Origin: Asaia bogorensis
GTDB lineage: Bacteria; Pseudomonadota; Alphaproteobacteria; Acetobacterales; Acetobacteraceae
Direction of reading: 5' to 3'
DNA length: 64,000 nucleotides
Assembly (NCBI GenBank): GCA_945861095.1
Contig: CAMATI010000001.1
Span: 3,131-67,130 of the forward strand
Part shown: positions 43,001 to 55,700 of the stretch, piece by piece
How the letters are laid out: every line of letters starts with the position of its first letter
Numbering within the stretch: position 1 is the stretch's first letter
Translations under genes and position numbers: made by a program
Notes under the pieces: model-generated
Told to the model about the DNA's origin: nothing
The model's database searches: none
What the model saw: only the letters and a program-made list of their open reading frames with translations

Positions 43001-43742
43001 CTGGGCCATGTTGCAGGCGGCCCAAAGGGAAATGCGAGAGGTGCTGTTTTCCGGCGTCGATTTCGCCGCGGTCAGGGCGATGCACGATTTTGGTTGCGGC
43101 ATCGGGACGGACCTCATCGCCCTTGCCCGCGCTCACCCTCATTTGACCGGTACCGGCTACACCATCTCGGCGCGCCAGGCCGGGATCGCCCGGACACGAA
43201 TCAGGGCTTCCGGTCTGGACGACCGCCTGTCCATACACCACCGCGATAGCGCGCGTGATGCTTTCCCGGGATCATTCGATCTTATCTTCGGTTTCGAGGT
43301 CGCGCACCACATTGCCGACAAGACGGCTTTGTTCGCCAACATCGCCTCCCATCTCACGGATGACGGCTATCTGTTACTGGCCGACTGCGCTGCCAACACG
43401 GCGGCCCCGATCAATCTGCCAGACGTGGGATCGTTCACAAGCCCGAAGGAAGACTACGCTGAACTGCTTGCCCGCCAGGAGCTTGAAATCACCGAGTGCG
43501 TCGACCTGTCGCGGGAGGTGGCCAATTTCCTGCACGATCCCGGGCTGGACACAATGCTTGCGGAGGAGGCGTCGCGGGGCGGCGCCAACGTGTCATTGGT
43601 TGCGTCTGTTCAACGGTCCTGGGACGGGTTCGGCCATGCCCTCCGATCTGGGCTGCTGTCCTATCTGCTGATCACCGCTCGCAAGCGGCCCGATGTCTCC
43701 GGGCTGTCGGCACGCAACCGCCGCCAAATGGGGGTCGCATGA
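40023..43742 (+). CDS. Luciferase-like monooxygenase (LLM)-ketosynthase (second His lost)-class I methyltransferase (probable O-MT) tridomain protein
   Basis: LLM FSLMFF, WLPERHF, IRLRAGSVVLP, DEIACLIDFG (~40200-41210). KS9 NTACSSG/HGAGT but GSLD in place of GHLE (~41275-42515). C-terminal MT YLTLAPFPDVVPGFSW, HDFGCGIG, FDLIFGFEVAHH (~42860-43690), unlike the LE(V/I)GAGTG cMTs elsewhere. Confidence 0.85.
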   Translation: MSASRKDLEQAAGRLWRTRQGEHLQRPAEFAAGLRATPTSPAPAPAPTPTTITRSAERLEFSLMFFSAAAGDVARPDLYHLVQQAAQFADQRGFSAVWLPERHFHPFGGPYPNPAVLAASLATVTNSIRLRAGSVVLPLHQPAHVAETWSMVDNLSNGRVEVAFGSGWNPNDFVLSPDTFADATDVLRQRVQDVRAFWRGDTLSLPNGRGETVPIRIYPKPIQPDLPVWISTTGTPASFAWAGASGCNILTMLLGGEIDDIAPKIAIYRAARRDAGLDPDAGKVALMLHSFVHESGDFARATIRAPFLDYVRNSVDVQRHGSDAGRAMTEAQREQVIGYAFERYTRSAALFGSPSECRGVLDRAAAAGVDEIACLIDFGVEDGLVLDALTHLDALRPTRPVVAGPFVAPPAAVTAPSQEPIAIVGLSGRFPGALDVDAFWNNLRMGRASMTAPPPGRDRPDLPPLGGYIDDLDGFDCDLFDVAPAEATAMDPHQRVFLEQVWAAVENAGYRPSDLRGTPTGVFAAVYSTSHESTLRAKGEALDGLSVAGAVLSMVPNRTSFLFDWTGPSEAVNTACSSGLVAVHRAASALRAGECGMAIAGGVSLLLAPEETAALARLGVLSPDGNCRAFDMKAEGQVRGEGAGVVVLKRLSDAERDGDFIYALIRGSAVNHGGARGKSLTMPNPRLQAACMVDAISRSGISPTRIGYIEAHGAGTSIGDLAELSAFTQAFDILGAAPSGKCVVGSVKSNIGSLDAAGGIAGLIKAALALHHRTIPATLNRQNDPDGFDPAGPLRFADGTHPWDPPITGGRAAGVHAYGLGGTNAHVVLDEYTSRPDMPSAHGPSIVTISARSAAGLRTTLDRLAAWLDNPPRSATVADIAYTLASGREALPCRWSTVASDLPDLRSALRDGPTERATDTASAAVPTSGRRIPLPGTAFERASSSVVGSFYDSVTRAEEREGDIYLTLAPFPDVVPGFSWTRTFQDPDHNPGHWAMLQAAQREMREVLFSGVDFAAVRAMHDFGCGIGTDLIALARAHPHLTGTGYTISARQAGIARTRIRASGLDDRLSIHHRDSARDAFPGSFDLIFGFEVAHHIADKTALFANIASHLTDDGYLLLADCAANTAAPINLPDVGSFTSPKEDYAELLARQELEITECVDLSREVANFLHDPGLDTMLAEEASRGGANVSLVASVQRSWDGFGHALRSGLLSYLLITARKRPDVSGLSARNRRQMGVA

Positions 43743-46700
43743 TTACCTACGCACAGAAGCTGCAGACGCTGCGGCGACGCCCGAATCCCGTATCGCCAGG
43801 GGTCGCGGGACCACGGGATCGGATGCTCGACCTGCTCACCAACACATTGGGTGTGCCGAACGATCAGGTGTCCGCCACGACATCGTTCGCCGAACTGGGT
43901 CTGAACTCCCTGTTGGCGGTGCGGTTCCTGGACGCTGTCAACCGCGCCTTCCACCTGAAACTCGGCGTGGAGGTATTGTTCGCGCACGGGTCCGTCTCCA
44001 GCCTTGCCGATCATGTCGCCGCGTTGACGCCCGTGCCACTTCCCGTCCAGTCAGGTGCATCTACATCTGCCGTCAACGACGATATTGCCATCATCGGGAT
44101 GGCCGGGCGGTTCCCCGGCGCGCCTAACCTTGAGCTTTTCTGGCAAGCCCTCGCCGACGGTCGGAACCTGGTCCGGGAAGTCCCAGCGGATCGATGGGCC
44201 GCCGCCGAATTCTACGATCCGGACCCGTCGGCTGTCGGCAAGACTGTCAGCAAATGGGCGGGATTTCTTGACGACATAGATCGTTTTGATGCTAGCTTCT
44301 TCAATATCTCCCCCCGCGAAGCGGCGGCGATCGACCCACAACATCGGCTGTTCCTGGAACAGGCCTGGCTCGCCTTCGAGAACGCGGGCTATACCCCCGA
44401 ACGCCTGGCCGGAACCGCGACAGGTGTTTACGTAGGCGGTTCCGGGTCCGGCTACGAAACGATGCTGTTGCCGGATGCCAAGGCATCGCAATCCTATGGA
44501 TTGACCGGCAATCTCGTATCATTGCTGGCCTCCCGCATCGCCTATTTTCTCGATTTGCGCGGCCCCGCGCTGGTGGTCGACACGGCCTGTTCCGCATCCC
44601 TGGTCGCCCTGGATCTCGCCTGTCAGGCCCTGCAACGCGGCGAGATCGGGATGGCACTCGTCGGCGGCGTAAGCCTGTTCCTGGACGAGAAGCCGTTCCT
44701 TGCCATGACCCGCACTGGGATGCTGTCGCCCGACGGGCGCTGCCACACATTCGATTCGTCCGCCAACGGCATCGCGGTGGGGGAAGCCGCGGCCGCACTG
44801 GTGCTGAAACCCCTGGCCCAGGCCTTGGCGGACGGTGACCGGATCGATGCCGTTATCAAAGCCAGCGGCACCAACCAGGACGGGCGCAGCAACGGCATAA
44901 CCGCGCCGAATCCGCTCGCCCAGGAGGCCTTGCTGCGCGCGGTTCACGCGCGGGCCGGGATCGATCCAGCAACAATCACCTACATCGAAGCTCATGGCAC
45001 CGGAACGCCATTGGGCGATCCGATCGAAATCGCCGCGTTACGATCGGCGCTTGGCGACCGCCCCGTCGACGCCGAACCCTGCGCGATAGGAACGGTCAAA
45101 AGCAACATCGGCCACACGGCGGAAGTCGCTGGCTTGGCCGGTCTGATCAAGACCGTGCTCTGCCTGCGTCATGGGGAATTGGTCCCATCGATCAATTTCA
45201 CCTCGCTGAACCCAAAGATCGACTTTGGAGCGTCGGGTCTTTCCGTGGTCACCAGCCGCCGACCATGGGTCACGGCCCGAAATGCGCCCAGACGTGCCGC
45301 GGTCAGCGCATTCGGACTGAGCGGAACGAACGCGCATGTGGTTTTGCAGGCCCCACCGGATTCTCCCTCTGCTGTTCTCGATCCGCGACCGATGCCACTA
45401 CTGTTGTCTGCCCGTGACGCAGACGCCCTGGTTAGACGGGCCGGGGAACTCGCTGACTGGCTTTCTGGCTCCGGTGCCGGAACAAGTCTCGCGGACGTGG
45501 CTGCCACGCTGGCGAGAGGGCGCTCGCATTACGACCATCGGCTGGCTTTAGTTGCGACGTCTACGGCGGACGCCGCCGGCCGTCTGGCGAACGGTACATA
45601 TCCCACGCGCGTGGCAGGGCGGGATCGTCCGTCGTCCGCGCCTGTCGCATCGCGCGCCGATGACATGGCGCGGGCTTATCTGGACGGTGCCACGCCGGAC
45701 TGGCCCGAATTTGGACCGTCCGCTCGGGCCAATCTGGACCTTCCTGGCTATCCCTTTACCCGCACCGTGCATTGGGCGGCGCGGCGACCCACCCGGCCCC
45801 AGGCATCGCATCCCTTCGCCGATGCAAACGATCCGACCGCTGTCTCCCATCGCTTTACAGCGAACGATCCGGTCGTGCGGGACCACGTCATCGGCGGCGT
45901 GCCATTGCTGCATGGCGCCATTTTCCTGGAAATGGCCAGGATGGCGGGGTCCCGCAAGTCCGGCAGCGACGTGACCGGCTTACGAAGTGTCGCATGGGAA
46001 CAGACCGTCGAGGTGCCCGAAAATGGATTGACGGTCCGTATAGACACGGTGTCCTCCGCCCCGGGCCTGGCGTGCTCTATGTTCGCCGAGAACCGGGACA
46101 AGCCGGCGGCACGATGCGATGTCGTATTTACACCCCCCCCGACACCGCCGTCGATCGATGTGAAATCTGTCAAGGCGTCGGCTGATCGTCACGCGACGCG
46201 CCACGATCTCGACGCGCTCGATCGTGGACCGGTTCGGCTTGGACCTTCTTTCGCCGGGTTCGATGCGTTGTGGCTGGGTGGCGACGCTGCTCTCGCCTGG
46301 GTCGCACCGATCAACGCTGCCGACGGCTGCGGGTTTCCGCCGCGGCTTATGGATGCGGCGATCCAGACGGCCGCGGCGTTGCTGGCGCGCAACGACGGCG
46401 CGACATTGCGGCTTCGCTATCCTTCGACCGTCGCGTCCATAGACATGATCGGCCCCGCACCGCGGGACGGCTGCCATATCCTGGCGCGACAGACCGGCAC
46501 CGATCGCGTGGACATCACCATTGCCGACACCGATGGTACGCCCAGGATTCAGTGGGTCGGGTTCGAAATGCGGACCGCGGTACACCGTGGCGCCACCGGC
46601 GAGACGCCATCCGCGCGAACGCTGCGGCCCGTCTGGATCGCCACAAACCAGGAACCCGGTGACCTGCGGCAGCCGGATGCGATCTTCGGTGACGCCGATC

Positions 46701-49700
46701 TGGCGGATCGCGTGGCGGCAGGGACGTCGATCGTCCCCGTCGCCATCAACAACCTACACGACATCACGCGGGTGGCCGCCGGACTTCGCGACGGTGCCCG
46801 GATTGTCTGGATCGACGACGGGACCGGGGCGGTCGATGGTCTTCTCCACCTCACCAAACGGCTTGCGGCCAACGGCCTGGATCAGTCATCCGTCGAATTG
46901 CGCCTTGTCACCACGAACGTCCATCGGGTTACCGGCCAGGAAAACGGATCCAATCCTCACGGCGCCGTCGTTCAAGGATTGGCCAAGGCCATCGGTCGGG
47001 AGTTTCCGACCTGGCGCGTGATCCTGTTAGACATCGACGGCGCATTACCCGACCCCCGCTCTACGGTGTTGCAGGCCGAACCGACCTTGGATGGAGAACC
47101 CGCCGCGTGGCGAAACGGCATACGTTATGAGCGCGTATTGGAACCGATCGACAGCGGTCGTCACGAACAACCCTTGCGCCACGGCGGCACCTATTTGCTG
47201 ATCGGAGGCATGGGCCGCGTTGGACGCGAGATTGCCCGCCATCTCGCGTCCCGCTACGCCGCCAATCTCATCCTGCTTGGCCGCTCGGCTTTTAACCCCG
47301 ATCGGCTGAAATTCCTGGATGAACTGCGTGCTCTGGGGAGTGACGCGGAGTATCGACAGGTCGACATCACCGAGCCCAGTGTCCTGACGCCTGTCATCAC
47401 GACGGCAAAGGCTCGCTTTGGCGCGTTGCATGGCGTGATCCACGCGGTTGTCGATCCCCTGTTTGCCCGTCTGGAACGGACCGACGAAGCAGCCTTCGCC
47501 TCCGCCCTGCGCCCGAAGGTGCTCGGTCTGACCGAACTGGCCACGGCTACGATGCGGGAGGCCCTGGATTTTCTGGCGATATTTTCCTCCATCGGTGCCT
47601 ATGCGTGCTTTCCCGGCAACGTCGGACAGGCCAGCTACTGCGCGGCGTGCTGCTTCGAAGACGCGTTCGCGGCCCAACTGCACGGCGCGGGACGGAAGGT
47701 GCGCCTGATCCAATGGGGCCTGTGGGACAATGAGGCATTTGCCGGTGACGGGTTAAAGCGCTTGCAGCGACAGGGCACTTATCCGATGCGTGCCGCCGAC
47801 GCGGTGGACGCCTTCGAACGGATCCTCGCGGGTGTCGATAGCCACGTTGTGCATGCCAGTCTCTCAGAGCCGGTCTGGCAATCCATGGGCGCGGTCGCAA
47901 CTGCCGGTCGGCTCTTCACCGAAACGGCATCGGCGCTGCTCGGTTATGGCCGAAACGCCGAGCGGGAGGATGCGTCGTTGCATCTGTTGGTCGATGCATA
48001 CGGGCGGGAGTTGGTTGAGCGGGTTATGCGGCAGCAAGGCTGGGGGGAGGATCGGATTGGGCGGGACGCGTGGTGCGCCAGGTGGAAGGTCCTGCCGCGG
48101 TACCACCGATTGCTGGATGGGTTGCTGGACATGCTGCAACGCCCCCATTCCCCGGCACCCACCCGCGCCGAGTTGCTGTCGCGAGCACCGAGCCTGCGGG
48201 AGCCGTTGGAGCTTCTGGAATTGTGCACCGCCGCGTTGCCAGACGTAATCAGTGGCGAGCGACAGGGGACGGATGTTTTGTTTCCCGGCGGGTCCATGCA
48301 GCGCGTCGAGGCGATCTATCGCAATCAACCCGTGCTCGCCGCGTGCAGCGCGATGCTTGCCGCCGCTGTCGCCGCCGCTCGGCCTTTGCGGGTCCTGGAG
48401 GTCGGTGCCGGCACCGGCGCGACCGCGGATGCTGTGCTCGCGGCGATGCCGGCCGGTTTTGTCTTCGAGTATCATTTCACCGACGTTTCCGCCGGCTTTG
48501 TGCGTCATGCGCGTCAGAGACGGAACGATCCCAGGCTGCGCTTCGGCGTCCTGGACATCGAGCAATCCGCTACCGCCCAAGGCTTCGACGCCGGCGGTTT
48601 CGATTTGGTTATTGCGACGAACGTCTTGCATGCGACGCGTGATATCAACGAGACATTGCGCCATATCGAGGCATTGCTGAAGCCCGGGGGGATGCTGCTG
48701 ATTAACGAAATGACCGTGGCCGAGGATTTTGCCACGCTCACGTTCGGATTGCTGGATGGCTGGTGGCGAGCCCGCGATCAAAATACCCGGTTGCCGCATA
48801 GCCCGTTGCTGGACGTGCAAGGCTGGCGGCGTGAACTGAACCGAGCCGGATTTGGCAACGTAACCGCCGCCGCCGCTCCCGGGTTCGAGGATGTGCAAAC
48901 CTGCCCGCAGGTCGTACTGTTGGCCGCCAAGGCAGCGCTCCGCCCGACCGTTTCGATCCCGCGCCCAGACACCGGGGCAGCACCAAACATCACTACCCAC
49001 GTGGCGACCGCGGCAGGTGGTGTCGAGGCCCTGGTGCGTGGCCTGGTCGCGGCGGGGCTTGACCTGGAGCCGGACGCTATCGACCCGGACGCGCCGTTCG
49101 GAGATCTGGGTGTCGACTCGATCGTCGCGCCACAGATCGCCGAGGACATCAACCGAGCCGCGGGCATTTCGTTGCGGTCAACCGATCTGTACAACTTCGC
49201 GACGGTGCGGGCACTGACTTCCCATATCACCGAGAACTTTCCGGACTGTGCAATCAACCTGTCTCCGCCTCCGATGGCACTCCCGCTGCCGACGCCAGCG
49301 AACCCGACACCGCACTCGGTCGCGGGTGTCGCGCCGGTTCAACCCAGAGCGATCGACGCAATCATCCCAGACCGGGCCGTTGCCATCGTTGGCATGGCGG
49401 GACGTTTCCCGGACGCCCCGAATGTCGATGCTTTCTGGCGCAACATCGCGGCTGGTCGTTCCGCCGTACGGGAAGTGGACCGTTTCGATCTCGCCCCCCA
49501 CTTCTCCCCCGAGCGCGGTCAGTCGGGAAAAACTTACGCCAAATGGGCGGCGTTGCTGGACGACCATGACCGATTCGACCCCCTGTTCTTCGCGATCTCC
49601 CCCGCCGAGGCCGAGGCGATGGACCCGCAACAGCGCCTCTTGCTACAGGAAGCCTGGCACGCGCTGGAAGATGCGGGAGCCACGCCGCAAAGCCTGGATG

Positions 49701-52700
49701 CAACCCGTTGCGGTGTGTTCGTCGGTGCATCGGCCAACTCATACCAATCACCCGCCTCACCCAGCCTCCAGACCCTCGGCGGGTCCATGGCGATCCTATC
49801 CGCGCGGCTTTCATACTTCCTTAACCTGAAGGGACCGACGTTCCCGATCGACACCGGCTGCTCATCTTCCCTCGTCGCCCTCCATCTCGCCTGTCAGAGC
49901 CTGCGGCTCGGCGAATCCGACATGGCGATCGCGGCCGGTGTTTCATGCAATCTGCTGTCTCCACCAATATTCTTCTATCTGTCGGATGCCGGCATGGCCT
50001 CGGCGGAGGGGTTGTGTAAGACATTCGACGATACAGCCGATGGTTTCGTCCCCGGAGAGGGCGTCGGCGTGGTCGTTCTGAAACGTCTGGCCGATGCCGT
50101 ACGTGATGGCGACCGTATCCACGCGGTGGTGCTGGCGACTGGTATCAACCAGGACGGCAAGACCAGCGGCCTGACCGCGCCCAGCGCCACGTCGCAAACT
50201 GAACTTGAACGCGCTGTCTACCAGCAGGCCGGAATCAATCCCGCAACGATTGGGCTGGTAGAGGCACACGGCACCGGAACCCGATTGGGCGATCCGATCG
50301 AGGTCGCCGCGTTGACCGACGCATTCTCTGGATACACGTCGGAGAGGGGCTTCTGCGCCCTGGGATCCGTGAAAACCAACATCGGCCATGCCATGGCCGC
50401 GGCCGGCATTGCGGGGCTTTTGAAGGCCGTGCAGGCCCTGCGTCACCGCACCCTGCCCGCAAGCCTGAATTTTACGACCGCGAACCGCCATATCGATTTT
50501 GGCAACAGCCCATTCGTGGTGAACACGCAAACCCGCCCCTGGACCAGCGCCGACAAGCGCCGAGCGGCCGTCAGTTCGTTCGGGTTCAGCGGGACGAATG
50601 CCCATGTCGTGCTGGAGGAAGGTCCGGCCGCCCCGCCTGACGGCTCCGTCTCCGGACCGTTTCTGTTCGTCGTTTCGGGACGGACCGCATCGGCCCTGGA
50701 ACGACGTGTCCTGGACCTGGTGGACTGGTTGCAGGCCGAACCCGGTGCATCGGCGGCAAACGTCGCCTATACACTCGCGGTGCGGCGGACCCATTTCCGC
50801 TTTCGACGCGCGTTCATTGCGCATTCGCTGTCCGATCTCGCAACCTGGTTGGGGCGGGACGAGGTCGCTGCCGATGCGCCCGCGGGCCTGCGAGATCTGG
50901 CAAACCGTTACATGGCTGGCGAGACGGTTGATTTTGGCTCCATGCAAGGGCGTCTGGTCAGCCTGCCAGGTTACCCATTTGAACGAGAGCGCTTCTGGAA
51001 CCCGGCGACCACCGCTCCGCCCGTCCGTCCCGGTCTGGGCGATCAGGTAGCGGGCTGGCTCACCCGCGATCACGTCATTCGCAGTCGGCGACTGTTGCCC
51101 GGAGCCGCGTTCCTGGAACTGGCCCGCGCGGCCGCCGCGGGGGCCGGATCCGCATGTTCGATGCGAGATATCTGTTGGTCTACGCCCGTGGATGCGACCG
51201 ATGGAGCGTCCGGCTTGATGCTCGACACGGATCGTGTCGCCGATGGGCTTAGATGCACGCTGCGGACTGACGACGTGACCCACGCGACCGCCGTGGTTGT
51301 CCCTATCGATAGGGATAGACCCGCGCGACTGGATCTGGTCGGCGTTGCAGCGCGCTGCCCCAATGTGGTTGACGGCGCAGGAGTCTACTCCACCGCGGAC
51401 CAGCACGGGTTTCATTACGGGGCCGGATACCGGGTCATCACCCAGGTTCGTGTCGGGGACAACGAAGCCCTGGCGCGCCTCGTTCTATCGCATCCCGATG
51501 CGGCTGGTTGGGTGCTGCATCCGGCCCTGCTCGACGGGGCATTGCAGACCGCGGCCTGCATCGGGCTCGGGCAGAACGACCGACCCGCACTCGCCTATGT
51601 GCCATTCGCGCTGGCCGAATTCGACGCCCATGCGCCTCTAACCTCCACTTGCCACGTCCACGCCCGACTTACAGGCTCCAATGCAGCCCTTCTAACCTTC
51701 GACATTGCGATTTGCGCCGATGACGGTTCGGTATTGGCATCGTTCCGGTCGTTGCAGGCCCGCGTTTTGGCGTCCCCGGCGACAGCCGAAACTTTGCTTT
51801 ACACGCCGGATTGGGTATCAGCACCAGCGGTTTTTTCCGCGGATGGGGCCGGGGCCGTGCTTGCATTGGCGTCCGACACAACCATCTCCACTCTGCGCGA
51901 CATATTCCCGGGGCGCCGGATCGTGCAGGTCCGGGCCGCGGACGCATATGCGCTCATCAGCCGCGATTGTTTCGCGGTCAACCCGTCCCGGACCGAGGAC
52001 TTCCAACAGTTGCTGATCGACGCGGCGGTCGGTGCGAACAGCGTCATTGCTCATTTGTGGACCCTCGATGAAGCCGCGCCGGGTCGTGCCGCGACGCTGG
52101 GGTCCGCAATAGAGAACCTCGACCCGGATACGGGCATGCGCGCGCTGTTCCTGGCGACACAAGCCGCCCTGCGCTCGCCCGAGGCGGGCGTCAGCCGGGT
52201 TGTTCATGTATCGCCACCGTCGCCCGGTTTTTCCGCCGCCGCGGCATTCGCGCGCACGGTTAATCTGGAATCGTCGACGATTTCCTGCCGAGCGATTGCG
52301 GTGACGCCGGATGGCGATGTGGGATGGGTGAATGAACTTGATGCATCTGACAAAGTGGCGGAGGTGCTCTACGCCGATGGTGCCAGGAGGGTCCGTACGC
52401 TCCGGCCATGGATCCCGGTAGCGGCCTTGCCGTTGCACGCAGGATCCGTGTTGGTCATCACGGGCGGCGCGGGCGCGATCGGCCTTACCATCGCGCGCCA
52501 CCTTGCCCGGACGTCCCGGCCACGCATCGCGCTGCTGGGCCGAACGCCGTTGAATGATCAGCAACAAGAAGCGCTGGAAGGGATCGAAGCAGAAGGGGCC
52601 GAAATACTCCACCTGACGGCCGACGTGACTTCGGGCAGTGCGCTGCGAGCCGCCTTGGACAAGGTCCGCCGGCGCTTCGGGCCGATCAACGCCGTGATCC

Positions 52701-55700
52701 ACGCCGCTGGCATCCTTCGGGATACGCGGATCAGCAGCCAGGAGTTGGCGGATTTTGATGCGGTAATGGCTCCGAAACTTATCGGCGCCATCGCCCTGGA
52801 TCATTTGACCCGGAACGACCCGTTGGGCGTCTTCGCGGTGTTTTCGTCCACAGCCGCAACGTTCGGTTCGGCCGGACAGGCAGCCTATGCCGCGGCGAAC
52901 GGTTTCCTGGAGGGCTTTGCGGAGTGGCGCACGCAGCACAACCGCCCAGGCCGAACGGTCGCGATCTCCTGGCCATTGTGGGAGACCGGCGGCATGGCGC
53001 CACCCCCCGAAGTCGTTGGCGAACTGGATCGCAAGATGGGCATGACGCCCATGCCGGATCAAGCCGCGCTGGCGGCATTCGATAGCGCATTGGCAGCCAA
53101 TGACGCCCGCGTGATCGCGCTGCATGGACGGGGATCCACGCTGCGCCGGTTCGTCGATGTTTCGCCTTCGCAGGCGGCCGAACCGCCAACCCTCGATTGG
53201 CCAGCGTTGCCAACTGACAGCGACCTGCGTGATCGGATCGAAGCCCATCTCCGCTCCATCCTGAGCGGCGTGACCAAACTGGCACCGGATCGGATCGAAG
53301 CCGAGGAACGCTTCGAGTCGTACGGGATCGACTCGATGATGATCGTCCGCATGAACCAGCAGCTCGAAGAGGATTTCGGTGATCTGCCGAAGACGTTGTT
53401 CTTCGAATATCAGACCGTAAGGGATCTGGCGGAGCGCCTGATCCTGTCCCACAGGGGTGCGTTGGCGAGACGTTTCGGCACCCGACCGGCGGCGTCAATC
53501 GCGTCGGATGATCCGCAGGCGCCACCATTGCCCGCCATCACCCCGATGGCGCCCGCAACCGACGATGCCGTTGCCATCATCGGAATTTCCGGTATCTACC
53601 CAATGGCACGGGATTTGGACCAATTCTGGCACAACCTGCGCGCCGGGCGGGATTGCATTGTCGAAATCCCCCCCGACCGCTGGGCCCTTGATGGCTTCTA
53701 CGACCCCAATCGCGAACGCCCGGAGACCAGCTACAGCAAGTGGGGTGGCTTCATTGACGGTGTCGACAAATTCGACGCCAGATTCTTCAATATTTCTCCG
53801 CGAGAGGCGGATGCCCTGGACCCCCAGACTCGCAAATTCCTGGAAGTCGCTTGGGCAACCATGGAGGACGCGGGGCTGACGCGCGAAACGTTATTCCGTC
53901 GCGAAGCCGATCCGACACAGCGGCTGGCGGGGGTTTTCGTCGGCGTGATGTACGGCGACTATCAATTGTTCGGGCCGGAGGAAGCCGCGCGCGGCAACCT
54001 GATTGCGCCCAACGCCGCCTATTGGAATGTCGCCAACCGGGTCTCGCATTTTCTCGACCTGCACGGCCCCAGTATGGCGATCGACACGGCGTGCTCCTCG
54101 TCCCTGTCAGCGCTTCACATGGCCTGCGCCGCGCTGCGAAACGGCGATTGCACTGTCGCCTTCGCCGGTGGCGTGAATGTAACGGTGCATCCCAGCAAGC
54201 ATTGGATCCTCAGCAAGTCCGGATTTGCCTCCAGCGACGGCCGATGCCGCAGTTTCGGGGAAGGCGGCGACGGGTATGTCCCGGGCGAAGGCGTTGGCGC
54301 GGTGCTACTGAAGCCACTGACCCGGGCCATTGCGGATGGCGATCGTATCCACGCCGTCATCCGATCCAGTGCGCTGAACCATGGCGGCCGCACCAACGGC
54401 TATACCGTGCCGAACCCGGTCGCGCAGGGGAACCTGATCGCGGCGGCAATGAATCGCGGAGGCGTCACACCCGACTCGATTTCCTATGTTGAAGCACACG
54501 GGACCGGCACATCTTTGGGTGACCCGGTGGAAATCGCCGGGCTGGCGCGCGCCTTCGCGGGCGCAACACCGGCGTCCTGCGCCATCGGCTCCGTAAAGTC
54601 GAATATCGGCCATCTGGAATCCGCGGCTGGTATCGCGGCACTCACCAAGGTCGTACTGCAAATGCGGCACGACACATTGGCGGGAAGCCTGCATTCTGAA
54701 AGTCTGAACCCTAATCTCGATCTTTCGGCAACACCCTTTTTCGTGCAGCATGAATCCGCGCCATGGCCAAGACAGCCGGGCGGACTCCGGCGCGCCGGTA
54801 TCAGTTCCTTCGGCGCCGGTGGGGCGAATGCCCATTTGATTATCGAGGACGCTCCGCTGCCGCCAGCGCAGGCCCAGCCATCAGCCGAACCGTTGATCGT
54901 TCCGCTGTCCGGCGCGACGCGGGATGCCCTGACAGAGCAGGCCGTGCGTCTGGCCGACTGGCTGGAAGAAGCTAACCCAGCGGCGGATTTTGCGTCGGTG
55001 GTTCGAACATTGCAGGTCGGGCGCGAACCGATGCGACACCGACATGCGTTCCGCGCCACGACATCGAAGAACTTGATCGAGCAACTGCGGCGGTTCGCAA
55101 ACGGACTGTCGTCGTCAACGGCCGTCGTTCCGAACTGGGTGGACGGCGGCAAGATCGACTGGGATGCGCAGGCCCCCGGTCCGCGACGCCTGGTATCGTT
55201 GCCAACCTATCCCTTTGCCCAGCGCCGATGCTGGGTGACCCTGACCGGTCGAACATCGCCGGCCATTGCGGGTCCACAGACGGTTTCGTGTGCAACCGAT
55301 GATCCGCTGGTGCACGATCACCGACTAGGCGGCGAAACCATCCTATCCGGCGCCTTCCTACTCGAATCCGCTCGGCGGACCGGGTCAGAGTCCTTGAACG
55401 CAACCATCACTGGCATCTCCGATATTCGCTTCGTACGGCCTGTCGCGCCGTCCATGTCGCCCAAGGTCACGGTTGGGCCCGATGGCGCCTTCGCAGTTCG
55501 GGTTGGCGAGAGTGAGCATGCGACCGGTCATCTGCTGACCGACAGGCAGGAATTGTCATCCGACACAGCGGATCTGGACGCTATCATCGCACGGTGCTCG
55601 GCCCGGATTGACCATAACACTGTCTACACAGCCCTCGCCGCCGGCGGCGCGCAGTATGGCGCGGCCTATCGCTTGATCGACGCGGTCTGGCGGGGACAAG

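Noticed and set aside
5972-43738. ORF-track starts at 2144, 4772, 5972, 6141, 25255 and 43496
   Set aside because: Downstream starts have Shine-Dalgarno sites or stop/start overlaps and remove non-homologous N-terminal extensions.
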